Source of the DNA: Abditibacterium sp.
GTDB taxonomy: Bacteria > Armatimonadota > Abditibacteriia > Abditibacteriales > Abditibacteriaceae
Length of the DNA stretch: 64,000 nucleotides
Assembly (NCBI GenBank): GCA_965199495.1
Contig: CBDASK010000003.1
Location: forward strand, 3,040,001 to 3,104,000
Direction of reading: 5' to 3'
Part shown: one piece after another, positions 48,209 to 58,800 of the stretch
How the letters are laid out: each line of letters begins with the position of its first letter
Numbering within the stretch: the stretch's first letter is position 1
The notes under the pieces: model-generated
The model's database searches: none
Told to the model about the DNA's origin: nothing
Seen by the model: only the letters and a program-made list of their open reading frames with translations
Translations under genes and position numbers: made by a program

Positions 48209-48919
48209 TTAATTATCCATCTTATCCGGCGTCGTGGGCATCGTCGTGGTGCCCGGCGTCGTGCCGTTCATCGCGGGCGTTTTGGTCGGATCCATCATCA
48301 TGCCGTTGTTCATCGCTGGTTTGGGCAGTTTCGCTAACTCTTTGCTGGCCATATCGAGATGGTTTTGCTCGGTTTTGGCATACGTTTCCATCAAACTGGT
48401 GAACTCTTTATCCGTGCTGGCTTTGATGGCGTCATTGGCTTTGCGCACATCGTCGGCGTTGATGTTGACGGCTTCTTGCAGATACGCGCGGTCGAAATCG
48501 TCGCCCGCGTTGTCGTCCATCAATTTTTGCAATTTGCTCTGGTTGTCATCCGTCATCGTCAGAGGCAACGTGAGGCCGCGCTTATTGGCCTGCATAAACA
48601 GCATTTTATTCAGGCGCGTATGATCGTCCATCAAGCGGAGCGCATATTTTTGCACGTCTTTGCCCTGCGCTTTTTGCACCGCCAGCTCGGAGGTAGCCTG
48701 ATCGTAGACGCTGCCCTGCGCGGTCTCCATCAAAAACTGTTTGTCGGCGTCGCTGGTCATCATGGATTTGTCCATCATGCCGGTCGCCATCGTCGTCGAG
48801 GACATCGCCTCGTTTTGCATTGTGTCGGCGGTGCCGGTGGCTGTTTGCGCGCCGGCGATGCCGCACAAAATCGTGGTGCCCAAAAGAGCAATTGCGGAAG
48901 GGGAAAGGGTCTGTTTCAT
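48209..48919 (-). CDS. DUF4142 domain secreted protein (ferritin-like)
   Basis: Signal peptide from ATG 48919; DKQFL..ELAVQKA..VQKYA..DDHT..FDRAYL..HLDMA. Confidence 0.85.
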   Translation of the reverse strand: MKQTLSPSAIALLGTTILCGIAGAQTATGTADTMQNEAMSSTTMATGMMDKSMMTSDADKQFLMETAQGSVYDQATSELAVQKAQGKDVQKYALRLMDDHTRLNKMLFMQANKRGLTLPLTMTDDNQSKLQKLMDDNAGDDFDRAYLQEAVNINADDVRKANDAIKASTDKEFTSLMETYAKTEQNHLDMASKELAKLPKPAMNNGMMMDPTKTPAMNGTTPGTTTMPTTPDKMDN

Positions 48920-49241
48920 TGGATTTAACCTGCTTATCCAGAAATCGTTCGAGCGTTGATCGCGAATCTTAAAATTCAAACGACAACCTCTTGCCCGGCT
49001 TCTTTGCACCTGTCGTGCCTCAAGTTGTCAATGCGCCAGAAAACCAAGAGTTTTCTTGGAAACGCAAAAAAGAACGCGCTTAAATCGCTGTTTTGGGCCA
49101 CTCGTGAAAAACAGCATTTGTAATTCCACAAATGTCAGAGAGCTTGAGATAACTTTTTGTGTCGCTTTGGCAATTACGTTTCAAATACAGGGTTAGCCCT
49201 TGCTCTCGCGCTCCATTTTGGCGCGATGGCGAGCTATTGCC

Positions 49242-49769
49242 ATGAAGAACACTCTTTTTTTCCAACCGCGTCTCTGGGGCGCACTGACGCTCTCGATTTT
49301 GACGATGGCTCCGTTACCGTTTGTGTTAGCGGTGCCCGGCGCTTCCACTGTGGCGCCGATTGTCAAAGCGCAGTTGCAGGCTTTCAAAGTTCTGCTGCAA
49401 AAAGATGGCGACGAAAAGCTGGCTGCTGCCGACATCGCCAATCCCGGCGATGTCATCGAGTATCAGGCGACCTATTCCAACGATAGCCAGCGCGCCGCGA
49501 CCAATCTCAACGCCACGTTGCCAATTCCCGCCGCGCTATCTTATGTGCCCAACACAGCCACGCCGAGTGGGTTCATGGCCTCGACCGACGCCAAGACCTT
49601 CGCGCCCGCGCCGCTCAAGCGCGCGGTTAAAGACGCCAATGGCAAAACCGTGACCGTTCTGGTGCCGTTTTCCGAATATCGCGCGTTGCGTTGGAACGTG
49701 AAACAGTTGGCGCCCGGCGCCGATTTCAAGGTCAGCGCGCGCGCCAGCGTGCCCAAAGTCGGCAAATAA
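49242..49769 (+). CDS. Small secreted single DUF11-like domain protein (putative pilus chaperone/cap)
   Basis: Signal peptide from ATG 49242; PGDVIEYQATYSN..IP..LSYV..LRWNVKQLAPG. Confidence 0.75.
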   Translation: MKNTLFFQPRLWGALTLSILTMAPLPFVLAVPGASTVAPIVKAQLQAFKVLLQKDGDEKLAAADIANPGDVIEYQATYSNDSQRAATNLNATLPIPAALSYVPNTATPSGFMASTDAKTFAPAPLKRAVKDANGKTVTVLVPFSEYRALRWNVKQLAPGADFKVSARASVPKVGK

Positions 49770-49889
49770 AATCGCGTTGAAGTAACGCCTTTCCCTCGGT
49801 TTCCCCGGCCCGAAATTCAAACAAGTTGCCCTTGTTTTTAGTTTCGTGCGCCGCATTTTTTTGAAACAATTTAGAAAACCTTTTTCAAC

Positions 49890-52538
49890 ATGACCCAAAC
49901 TCCTTCTCCCTCGCGTTTAAAAACGCTCAAGCGCGCCATGCCCTTCGTGGCATTGGCCATGTCCGCTGGCTTTGTGGCCGCGCCCGCGTGGGCACAGGCT
50001 CCGCGCGCTGGAACTTCCATCGGCAACCAGGCGACCGCCACCTATAACGACGGCTCCAACATCCCGCGCGACGTGCAGTCGAACAGCGTGACGACCCTCG
50101 TTCAGCAGGTCGCTGGCGTTGACCTGACCGATCCGCGCACCATCAACGCGGCGCCCGGCGCGCCCATCGCGTTCCCGCACACCATTCAGAACACGGGCAA
50201 CGGCAACGATTCGTTCAACATCGGCGTGACCGAAAGCACGGGCGATGACTTCAATATCGGTTATCAGGTCTACGCCGACGCCAACCAGGACGGCGTGCCC
50301 GACAATAACACGCCCATCACCGTGACGCCGTCGTTGCAGCCGGGCGAGAAGTTCAACTTCGTCGTCGTCGGCACGGTGCCCGCGAATCAGGCGGCGACCA
50401 AAAACGCCAGCATCACCGTCACCGCGACTTCGACGACGACCAGCACGACCAACGACGCCAACGCCGACAAGGTGATCGTCACCAGCAATGCGGTTATCAA
50501 CGTGGTGAAATCGGTGAGCGCGCCGGTTATCAACACGACGACCAAGGTCGCGACCTATACCTACACGCTGACCTATACCAACAACTCGAACGTGAATTCT
50601 GGCGCCGTTGCCCTGAGCGACACGCTGGATGCGCGTTTGGCTTATAAAGCCGCTTCGGGTTTGTGGAGTGTTTCGGGCACGACGGCGCTGGGCGACAACG
50701 CTGGCAACGCCGACGATCCAGCGGGCATCACCTATGCTCGCAACGCGCAGTTGATTACGGCGACCATCGCGAACGTTCCGGCGCGTAGCACGGGCCGCGT
50801 TTCGTTCTCGGTGGACGTGGCTCCCACGACGGCTCCGGGCTTGATTCCCAACTTCGCCACCTTCGCCTACGACGACGACAACGATGGTAACACCGCCACG
50901 ACCGGGACGGCTTCGGTCAATGGCACGACCAACACGGTAGATGTGAACGTCGGTCAGGCGCCCCTCGTCGCCATCACCAGCCAATCGCAAGGCCCGGTGC
51001 CTCAGGGTTCGACGGTTGTGTTCACCAACACCGTGACCAACAACGGTAACGGTAACGATGTCTTCAACATCACCCTTTCGCCATCGGGCACGCCGTTCCC
51101 TGCGGGCACCGTCTTCCAGTTGTTCCAGCCCGGCGGCGCGGCGGCTTTGCTCGATTCCAATGGCGATGGCATTCCCGATACCGGCCCGATCCTCGCTGGC
51201 GGCACCTATAACGTGATCGTCAAGGCGATTTTGCCTCCGACGACCTCCGGCACCGGCCCCTTCGTCGAAAACGTGATCGCGACCTCGACGACCGGCGCCA
51301 AACCCGCCGCAACCGGCACCGACACGGTGACTTCAATCACCAAATCGGCGGTGGACATCACCAACCGCGACGCCAGCAACAACCGCATTGACGAAACCAC
51401 CCCCGGCGTCACCAATCCGGTTTTGACGCGCACCAGTGGCCCCGGCACCGTCGTGACCTTCCCGCTGTCGGCCAACAACAAGTCGGCTGTCAACGATAAC
51501 TATGCGCTGTCGTTTGTGCCCAACCCGGCTCTGCCCGCCGGCTTTAGCGTCGTCTTCAAAGACCTCAACGGCAAAGTCATCACCAATACCGGCAACATCG
51601 CGCCCGTTGTTCCCGATCCGGCAAATCCAGGCAGCTTCACCAAAGGCGGCTTCTTCGATTATGTCGCCGAAGTCACCATTCCCGCCGGTGCCACGCCGCA
51701 GGACATCGCATTGGCTTTCGCCATCACGTCGGGCGCGTCGGGCGCGACCGATACCGTTAACGACAAATTGACCGTTAGCCCGTTCAACGCGCTGACGATC
51801 ACGCCCAACAACCAAGGCCAGGTCTTCCCCGGCTCGTCGGTCAACTATGCGCACGTCATCACCAACGATGGCAACACCGACGAAACCAACGTCGTCGTGA
51901 CGGCGACCGATTCCCTGGCGGGCTTCTCGTCGGTCATCTACGCCGACAATGGCGCTGGAACCCACGCGGGTAACGGCATCCTCGATCCCGACGAATTGGC
52001 GGCTGGCCCATTGGCAGCCACCGGCATCCCTACGCTCGCTCCCAAAGCGAACTTCCCGATTATCGTTGTGGTCTTTGGCCCCTCGAACCAGTTCACATCG
52101 GGCGCCGTTGACACCACGACCGTGACGGCGACCTCCGCCGGTGGCCGCACAGCCACGGCGACCGACACCACCACGATTGTGGCGGGCGATGTCGTGATGA
52201 CCAAATCGCAATCGGTCAATGGCGCCGCCGCCACGCAGGGCAACGCCGTTGCCAAGCCCGGCGATGTCATTCGCTACACGATTACCGTGCGCAACACCGG
52301 TGGCGCTCCGGTCAACACCGTCGTGGTTTCGGACACCACCCCGGCGTTCACGACCTACAGCGACACCAACAGCGCTGGCACCGCCGATCCGGCTTCGTTC
52401 ACCATCGGCACCGCCGCCGCCGTGGCTGCCACCTCCGCTCCGACCAACGGCGTGGCGGGCACCATCAAATGGACGATTCCCACGCTCAACCCCGGCGAAG
52501 TCGCCACAGTGACCTTCAACGTGAAGATCAACAAATAA
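49890..52538 (+). CDS. Secreted multi-Ig DUF11-repeat protein (putative shaft pilin)
   Basis: Signal peptide ending AWA; Thr/Asn-rich Ig repeats; DxNxDG loops; strongly C-ending codons suggesting high expression. Confidence 0.85.
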   Translation: MTQTPSPSRLKTLKRAMPFVALAMSAGFVAAPAWAQAPRAGTSIGNQATATYNDGSNIPRDVQSNSVTTLVQQVAGVDLTDPRTINAAPGAPIAFPHTIQNTGNGNDSFNIGVTESTGDDFNIGYQVYADANQDGVPDNNTPITVTPSLQPGEKFNFVVVGTVPANQAATKNASITVTATSTTTSTTNDANADKVIVTSNAVINVVKSVSAPVINTTTKVATYTYTLTYTNNSNVNSGAVALSDTLDARLAYKAASGLWSVSGTTALGDNAGNADDPAGITYARNAQLITATIANVPARSTGRVSFSVDVAPTTAPGLIPNFATFAYDDDNDGNTATTGTASVNGTTNTVDVNVGQAPLVAITSQSQGPVPQGSTVVFTNTVTNNGNGNDVFNITLSPSGTPFPAGTVFQLFQPGGAAALLDSNGDGIPDTGPILAGGTYNVIVKAILPPTTSGTGPFVENVIATSTTGAKPAATGTDTVTSITKSAVDITNRDASNNRIDETTPGVTNPVLTRTSGPGTVVTFPLSANNKSAVNDNYALSFVPNPALPAGFSVVFKDLNGKVITNTGNIAPVVPDPANPGSFTKGGFFDYVAEVTIPAGATPQDIALAFAITSGASGATDTVNDKLTVSPFNALTITPNNQGQVFPGSSVNYAHVITNDGNTDETNVVVTATDSLAGFSSVIYADNGAGTHAGNGILDPDELAAGPLAATGIPTLAPKANFPIIVVVFGPSNQFTSGAVDTTTVTATSAGGRTATATDTTTIVAGDVVMTKSQSVNGAAATQGNAVAKPGDVIRYTITVRNTGGAPVNTVVVSDTTPAFTTYSDTNSAGTADPASFTIGTAAAVAATSAPTNGVAGTIKWTIPTLNPGEVATVTFNVKINK

Positions 52539-52544
52539 TGGATT

Positions 52545-52588
52545 GCGTTACAGGCTTTGGCGACTTCGGTTGATAAAGCCTGTAACGC
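52545..52588 (+). terminator. Stem-loop directly after the putative pilin gene
   Basis: GCGTTACAGGCTTT-N16-AAAGCCTGTAACGC; no clear U tract. Confidence 0.5.
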
Positions 52589-52597
52589 CGATCGCGT

Positions 52598-52776
52598 ATT
52601 TATAGCTCTTACCCACTCCATTGTCATTCTGAGCGAGAGAGGAACGAACGGAGTCGAAGAATCCATGACGTAAGGATTTCGACAAAAGTCAAGTTCAATC
52701 GCAACCTATGGATTCTTCGACTCCGTTCGTTCCTCTCTCGCTCAGAATGACAATGGAGTGGGTAAGAGCTATAAAT
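52598..52776. repeat. Long inverted repeat, GTCATTYYGAGCGA family, copy 2
   Basis: Perfect 69-bp arms 52598-52666 / 52708-52776. Confidence 0.88.
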
Positions 52777-52898
52777 CAAATTTCCCACCCAAACCCCAAC
52801 CGAACTCATTTGACGCGAGCGTGGAACGCGGTTCCAGTCCCTCCTCTTTCGCTTCAAATGTCCGTTTCGGATATTGCCCATTTTATCGCTTCGCCCCC

Positions 52899-55800
52899 AT
52901 GAACGTTTTTGCTGCTCGCATCGCTCACCTCATTCGTCCCGCCACTTGCGCCCTGTTGGGCGCTGCCCTGATGGCCACTTTGGGCGGCGTGGCTGATGCC
53001 CAGACACCCAGCGCCGGAGTCGCGATCTCCAATCAGGCGAGCGCGAGCTACGAATTGGGCGATGTCATCGTCAACCTGCTTTCCAATCGCGTGCAGGTCA
53101 CCGTCGCGCCCGTCGAAGGGTTGCGCCTCACCGCCGACAACGCCAAACAGGTGCCCATCGGTGCGCCGGTTTCGTTTCCCCATCGCCTGACCAATACCGG
53201 CAACGTCGCGACTTCCTACAACTTCAACGTGAGCAACCAAACCGGCGACGATACCGATCTGTCGGATTTGCGCATTTATGGCGACCTTAACGGCAACGGC
53301 ATCGTGGACGAGGGCGAACCGCGCCTCGACAATGGCGCCGCGCCGGTTGGGTTGGAAGCCGGTCAATCCACCGATTTGTTGGTGACCGGCACCGTGCCCG
53401 TCACTGCCAGCGCCGGGCAAAGCGCGCGCGTCCAGCTCGAAGCCGTGACGCAAAACGCGACGGCGCGCGCGCAAAACGTGGACACAGCCACGGTGGCGCT
53501 GGGCGCCTCGGTCGAAGTGCGCAAAGAAGCCTCGCGCCAGAACGCTTCGCGCGGCGACCAGATTAGCTACGATTTGACCGCGATTTCGCGCGGCGGCGTC
53601 GCGCCCACGCCGACCAATTTAACCGTGGACGGCGCCGCGCGTGCCCTGGTTTTACTGCGCGATAGCGTGCCCGCCAACACGACGTTGGTCAGTTGGACCA
53701 AAACCGGCAACGGCCTGTTGCTCTATCATCGCATCGGCGACGCCGCCAACGCCTACGTCACCGCGCAACCCGATAGCGCCGCTGGCGTTATCACCGATGG
53801 CGTCGCGCTGGGATTGGACAACTTTATTCCCAACTCGACGGTGCGCGCCACGCTCACGGTGCGCGTCAATAACAACGCCAGCGGCAGTTTCGATAACACC
53901 GCCGATGTGATTTATCGCGAGGCGGGCGCCGACCGTACCATCAGCGCGCCGTCGAACACCGTGGGTGTCGCCGTGCCCATCGCGCCGCCGACATTGGCCT
54001 ATTACACGAGCGCGGGTTACACGCGCGAGGCGACGGTGACCGGTTTGAATCGCCCGCTGTTTTTGCAGGGCGACAGCGCCGCCTGTAACGTTGACCCGAC
54101 TGCCGTTGAGCGCGTGACGCTGACGTTGACTTCGACTTTGACCGGCGATTCGATTCGCACGCAGATGATCGAAACCGGCCCCAATACGGGCATTTTTCGC
54201 GTCGAAAATCCGATTCCCACCTCCGACGGCGCCGCCGTGGCTGATGATGGCGTCTTGCAGATTTTGCGCGACGACGTTTTGCAAGCGCGCCTGAGCGGTT
54301 GCGGCACCGCCGACGCCGTCGCGCGCATTTTGGTTGACCCGCTCGGCGTGGTTTACGACGCGCGCACCAACCAACCCGTGAGCGGCGCGCGCGTCACTTT
54401 AATTGACGCCGCGACCGGCCAACCTGCGCGCGTCTTCGATTTTGATGGCGTGACGTCACGTCCATCAACAGTGACAACCGGCGCCGATGGCGTGTTTCAG
54501 TTCCCGCAGGTCGCGCCCGGTCGCTATCGTTTGCAAATCGAGCCGCCCGCCAATTATCTGTTTCCCTCGAAATTGGCGCCCGCCAACCAGCCACCGGGTC
54601 GCACGATTGACGCGTCGGGTTCCTATGGCGGCGAGTTCGCCGTTGACGCCGCGACTGGCGCCGTCGTTTTGGATGTGCCGCTCGATCCGCCGCAGGGCAC
54701 CGGATTGTTCGTGGACAAAATCGCCCGCTCGCGCGACGCCGAAATCGGCGGCACGGTGGATTATCAGGTCACCATTCGCAACGTCGCGGGTGTCGCCGTC
54801 AACAACGTTCAATTATTGGACGGTCTGCCGCGCGGCCTGACCTACGTCGCGGGCAGCGCCCGCCGCCAGAGCGCGAGCGGCGCCAACGGCACGCCCGGCA
54901 TTTTCGCCGCGTTGCCCGATCCGCGCATCGAAAACGTGCGCGCTTTGACCTTTAATATCGGCACATTGGCCAAAGACGAATCGGCAATTATCACCTATCG
55001 CACACTGATCGGCCCCGGCACGCCGACCGGCAAAGTGCGCAATAGCGCGCGCGCCACCGGTGCCACAAACTTTGATTCGTATACATCCAACACGGCCAGC
55101 GCGATTGTCGAGATTCGCGGCGGCGTCTTCACCACGCGCGGCGTTTTGATGGGCCGCGTCTTCGTGGACTCCAATAACAATGGTCGCTTCGACCGCGACG
55201 AATTGGCGGTGCCCGGCGCGCGCATCTTTTTGGAAGATGGCACTTACGCCGTCACCGACGGCGACGGACAATGGACGATTTACGGCGTTTTGCCCCTGAC
55301 GCACGTCGTCAAAATTGACCGCACCACGTTACCAATCGGCGCCACGCTCAAACCGCTCACGGTGAATTACGCGGGCAAAGGCGATTCGGTTTTCGCCGAC
55401 CTGAAAAACAGCGAACTCCAGCGCATCAACTTCGCGCTGAGTAGCACCACCGAGGCTCAAATTGCCGACGTGAAAGCGCGCATCGCCAAGGGTCAAAACG
55501 AGGCGCCCGAAATCACCACGCAACTGCAAAATACGCTCACGACTACGCCCAACACGCAACTCGGCGACACCCGCGCGCAACCCGCGACCGGCGTTGTCGG
55601 CGGCGTGGCTGGCCCGACGAACCAGAATCAGACCTCGCGCACCGTGCAATCGAACGCGCCCGCAGGCATTGACGCGCGCCCGCTTCGCACGGCGGGCGAT
55701 GGCCCGCTCGACGGCCAGTTCGCCCCAGCCACGGCGCCTTCGCTGGAAGCGGGCGCGCGCGAAATCGAAGAGCTTTTGGCGACGCTGCAACCCGGCATCG

Positions 55801-58800
55801 GCATTTTGGGCTACAAAGACGGCGACACTTTGCTGAGCGATCAGATCAACGTGCGCGTCAAGGGCGACGCGGGCACCACGCTGAAACTGACGCTCAACGA
55901 CAAAGCGGTGGACGATGACCGCATCAGCGTGCGTTCGGAAGATAGCAAGCGCGGCGTGCAGGTTCGCGAATATATCGGCCTGAAACTGCGCGCGGGCGAG
56001 AATAATTTGCAACTCAGCCAGATCGATTCGTTTGGCGTGGCGCGCGGCGAAGCGTCGGTGAAGCTCGTTGCCCCCGGTTCGTTGGGCCGCTTGAAATTGA
56101 CGGTGCCAAACGTTGGCGTGCCCGCCGACGGACAGACGGGGACGAAAATTAACGTCGAGTTGGTGGACGACAAAGGCGTGCGCGTCACGGCCCGCACGCC
56201 GATCACGCTCGAAGCCAGCGCGGGCCGTTGGAATGTGCGCGACCTCAACGACACGCAGCCCGGCGTGCAGGTTTTCATCGAAGGCGGGCAGGGCAGCTTT
56301 GAACTGATTCCGCCGTTTGAACCCGGCCAGGCCGTCGTCAAAGTCGCGGCGGGCATTATTTCAGCCGACGCCAAAGTGTCGTTCGTGCCGTATTTGCGCC
56401 CGGTTGTGGCGGCGGGCATTTTCGAGGGCCAATTCGGCTTCAAGGCCAAAGGCGCTTCGCAAATGCCCATCGCGGCTTTCGAGCGCGAATTGCAATCCAT
56501 CACCGGCAACGGCGGCGGACGCGCGGCGGGCTATATTAAGGGCCGCATTCAGGGCAAATATCTGTTGTCAATGCGCTTCGATACGCAGTCAGCCGAAGAC
56601 AACCGGCTATTTCGCGACATTCAGCCCGACGAGTTTTATCCGGTTTATGGCGACAGTTCGACCAAAGGTTTCGACGCGCAGTCCACCGGCAAACTCTACA
56701 TTCGCGTGGACAAAGATCATTCCTACGCGCTCTATGGCGATTTCACGACTTATGCGGCGGACGGATCGGAATCGCTGGGACGCTACGGGCGCGCTTTAAC
56801 CGGCGGTCAAATTCACAGCGAGGACGACAAGTATTCGGCGACGGCGTTTGTTTCGCGCACCAGCGCTTCGCGTATCGTGCAGGAAAAGCGCGCCAATGGC
56901 ACGAGCGGCGTTTACCAACTGGGCGTTTCGGATATTCGCCCGCAATCGGAAATCGTCGAGATTATTGTTCGCGACCGCAACAATCCGGGCCGCGTCATCA
57001 GCGCCACGCAGCAGACGCGTTTCACCGACTACACGCTCGACGGCTTTACTTACGGTCTGCTGTTTCGCCGCCCGATTCCGTCGTTTGACGAAGATGGCAA
57101 TCCGATCTTCATCCGCGTGACCTACGAGCGCGAAACCGGCGGGCCCGACTTCACCGTCTCCGGCGTGGCTGCTCAATATAAAATCGGCAACCGTTTGCAG
57201 GTTGGCGCGGGCGTCGTGCAGGACGACGACCCGACGCGCAAGATGAATATGCGCTCGGTCAACGGCGCGTTGCGTTTGAGCGACGACACGATTTTGGTCG
57301 CCGAATACGCCCAAACCGACACGCCCGAATTCGGTACCGCCGGGGCTTCGCGCTTTGAACTGCGCAAAGACGGCGCGAATTTTCAGGCGCGCGCTTATAC
57401 CGGCACGGCATCGCTCGGCTTCAACAATCCCGAATCGGCCTTGACGCGTGGACGCAGCGAAAGCGGCGTGCAGTTGTCGGCCAAAATCGGCGCCAAAACG
57501 CAGGTCAGCGCCGAAGCGATTCGCACCAAAGACGGCCAGAGCGGCGCCCAAACGCAGGGCGTGCAAGTCGGTTTGGATCACGCGTTTACCAACGATATTC
57601 GCGGCGGCATCGGCATCCGCAACGCCAGTGGCGATGCGTCGGCCAGCTTCGGCGGAACCGGGCAGGACAACTTGAGCTTCACCTCGATTTACGGGCGCTT
57701 GAACGCGCGCGTCGGAGCCAAATCGAACGCTTTCACGCGTTACGAGCAGCAACTGGGCGGCGGCAATCGCTCGCTTTCCCTTGGCGCCGATTATCAGATC
57801 GCACCGCAAACGCGACTCTACGCGATTCACGAATTCTTCGATTCGCCGCTCTCGCTTTACGCTTTGGGCGATACGCAGCGCCGCTACGGCACGCGTCTGG
57901 GCATCGAGACGGCGTATATGCGCGGCGGCACTTTGTTCAGCGAATATCGTCTGGCGGGCGGCGTTGACGGGCGCACCGCGCAGGCGGCGATTGGGCTGCG
58001 CAACCAGTGGAAGTTGGGTCAGGGCATCGGCGTTTCGACCAGTCTGGAGAACACGCGTAATTTGAATGGCGGCATCAATAACGTTGGTTCAACCGCTAAT
58101 TTGGGCGGCGACAATGGCACGGCGGCTTCGATTGGTTTCGAGTCGCTCGGCTCGGACAAATTGAAGTGGACGACGCGTTTGGAAGGTCGCGATGGACAGA
58201 GCAAGACCTTAACAGCCACGGCGGGCGCGGCCTATCAGGCGTCGCGCGATTTGACGATGCTGGGCCGCGCGGCCTACGCCAAATCGAGCGCGGGCGGGTT
58301 CACCGGCACTGGCGGCGTGGCTGCTGTTGGCGGCTTCGACCAGAAGCAGACGCGCGTGCAGTTCGGGCTGGCTTATCGGCCCGTTAAAAGCGACCGTTTT
58401 GTGGCGCTACTCAAATATGAACTGCGCGATGGCGACGATCCGTCGGGCATCGGCGTGCGCTTGCAGCGCCGCCAGAACATCATCAGCGCCGACGCTAACT
58501 ATTTGGTTTCGCAGTCGTTGCAGGCGCGCCTGCACTACGCGTTCAAAAACAGCCGCGACAACACCGATGGCTTGCTGACATCCAGCTCGGCGCACTTGCT
58601 GAGCGGGCGTTTGTCCAAAGACATTACGCGCCGATTGAACCTGTCGCTTTTGGGTTCGACGCTGTGGAACGGCGATTCGCGTCAGGTCGCTTACGGCATC
58701 GAAGCCGGTTACGGTTTGACCGATAATCTGCTGCTCTCGCTCGGTTATAATTTCAGCGAACTGCGCAACCGCGACTTCGCCGACGAGACGCTGGGCAAAG

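Noticed and set aside
10026..52776. CRISPR array interpretation of the repeats
   Set aside because: The repeats are inverted pairs, not direct repeats with regular unique spacers, and no cas genes are visible.
52758..52898. N-terminal extension of the 2089-aa ORF
   Set aside because: It begins inside a palindrome arm; a proper signal peptide starts at ATG 52899.
52355..52902. Two short ORFs with identical N-termini (MDSSTPFVPLSLRMTMEWVRAIN)
   Set aside because: Artefact of the 69-bp inverted repeat read on both strands.
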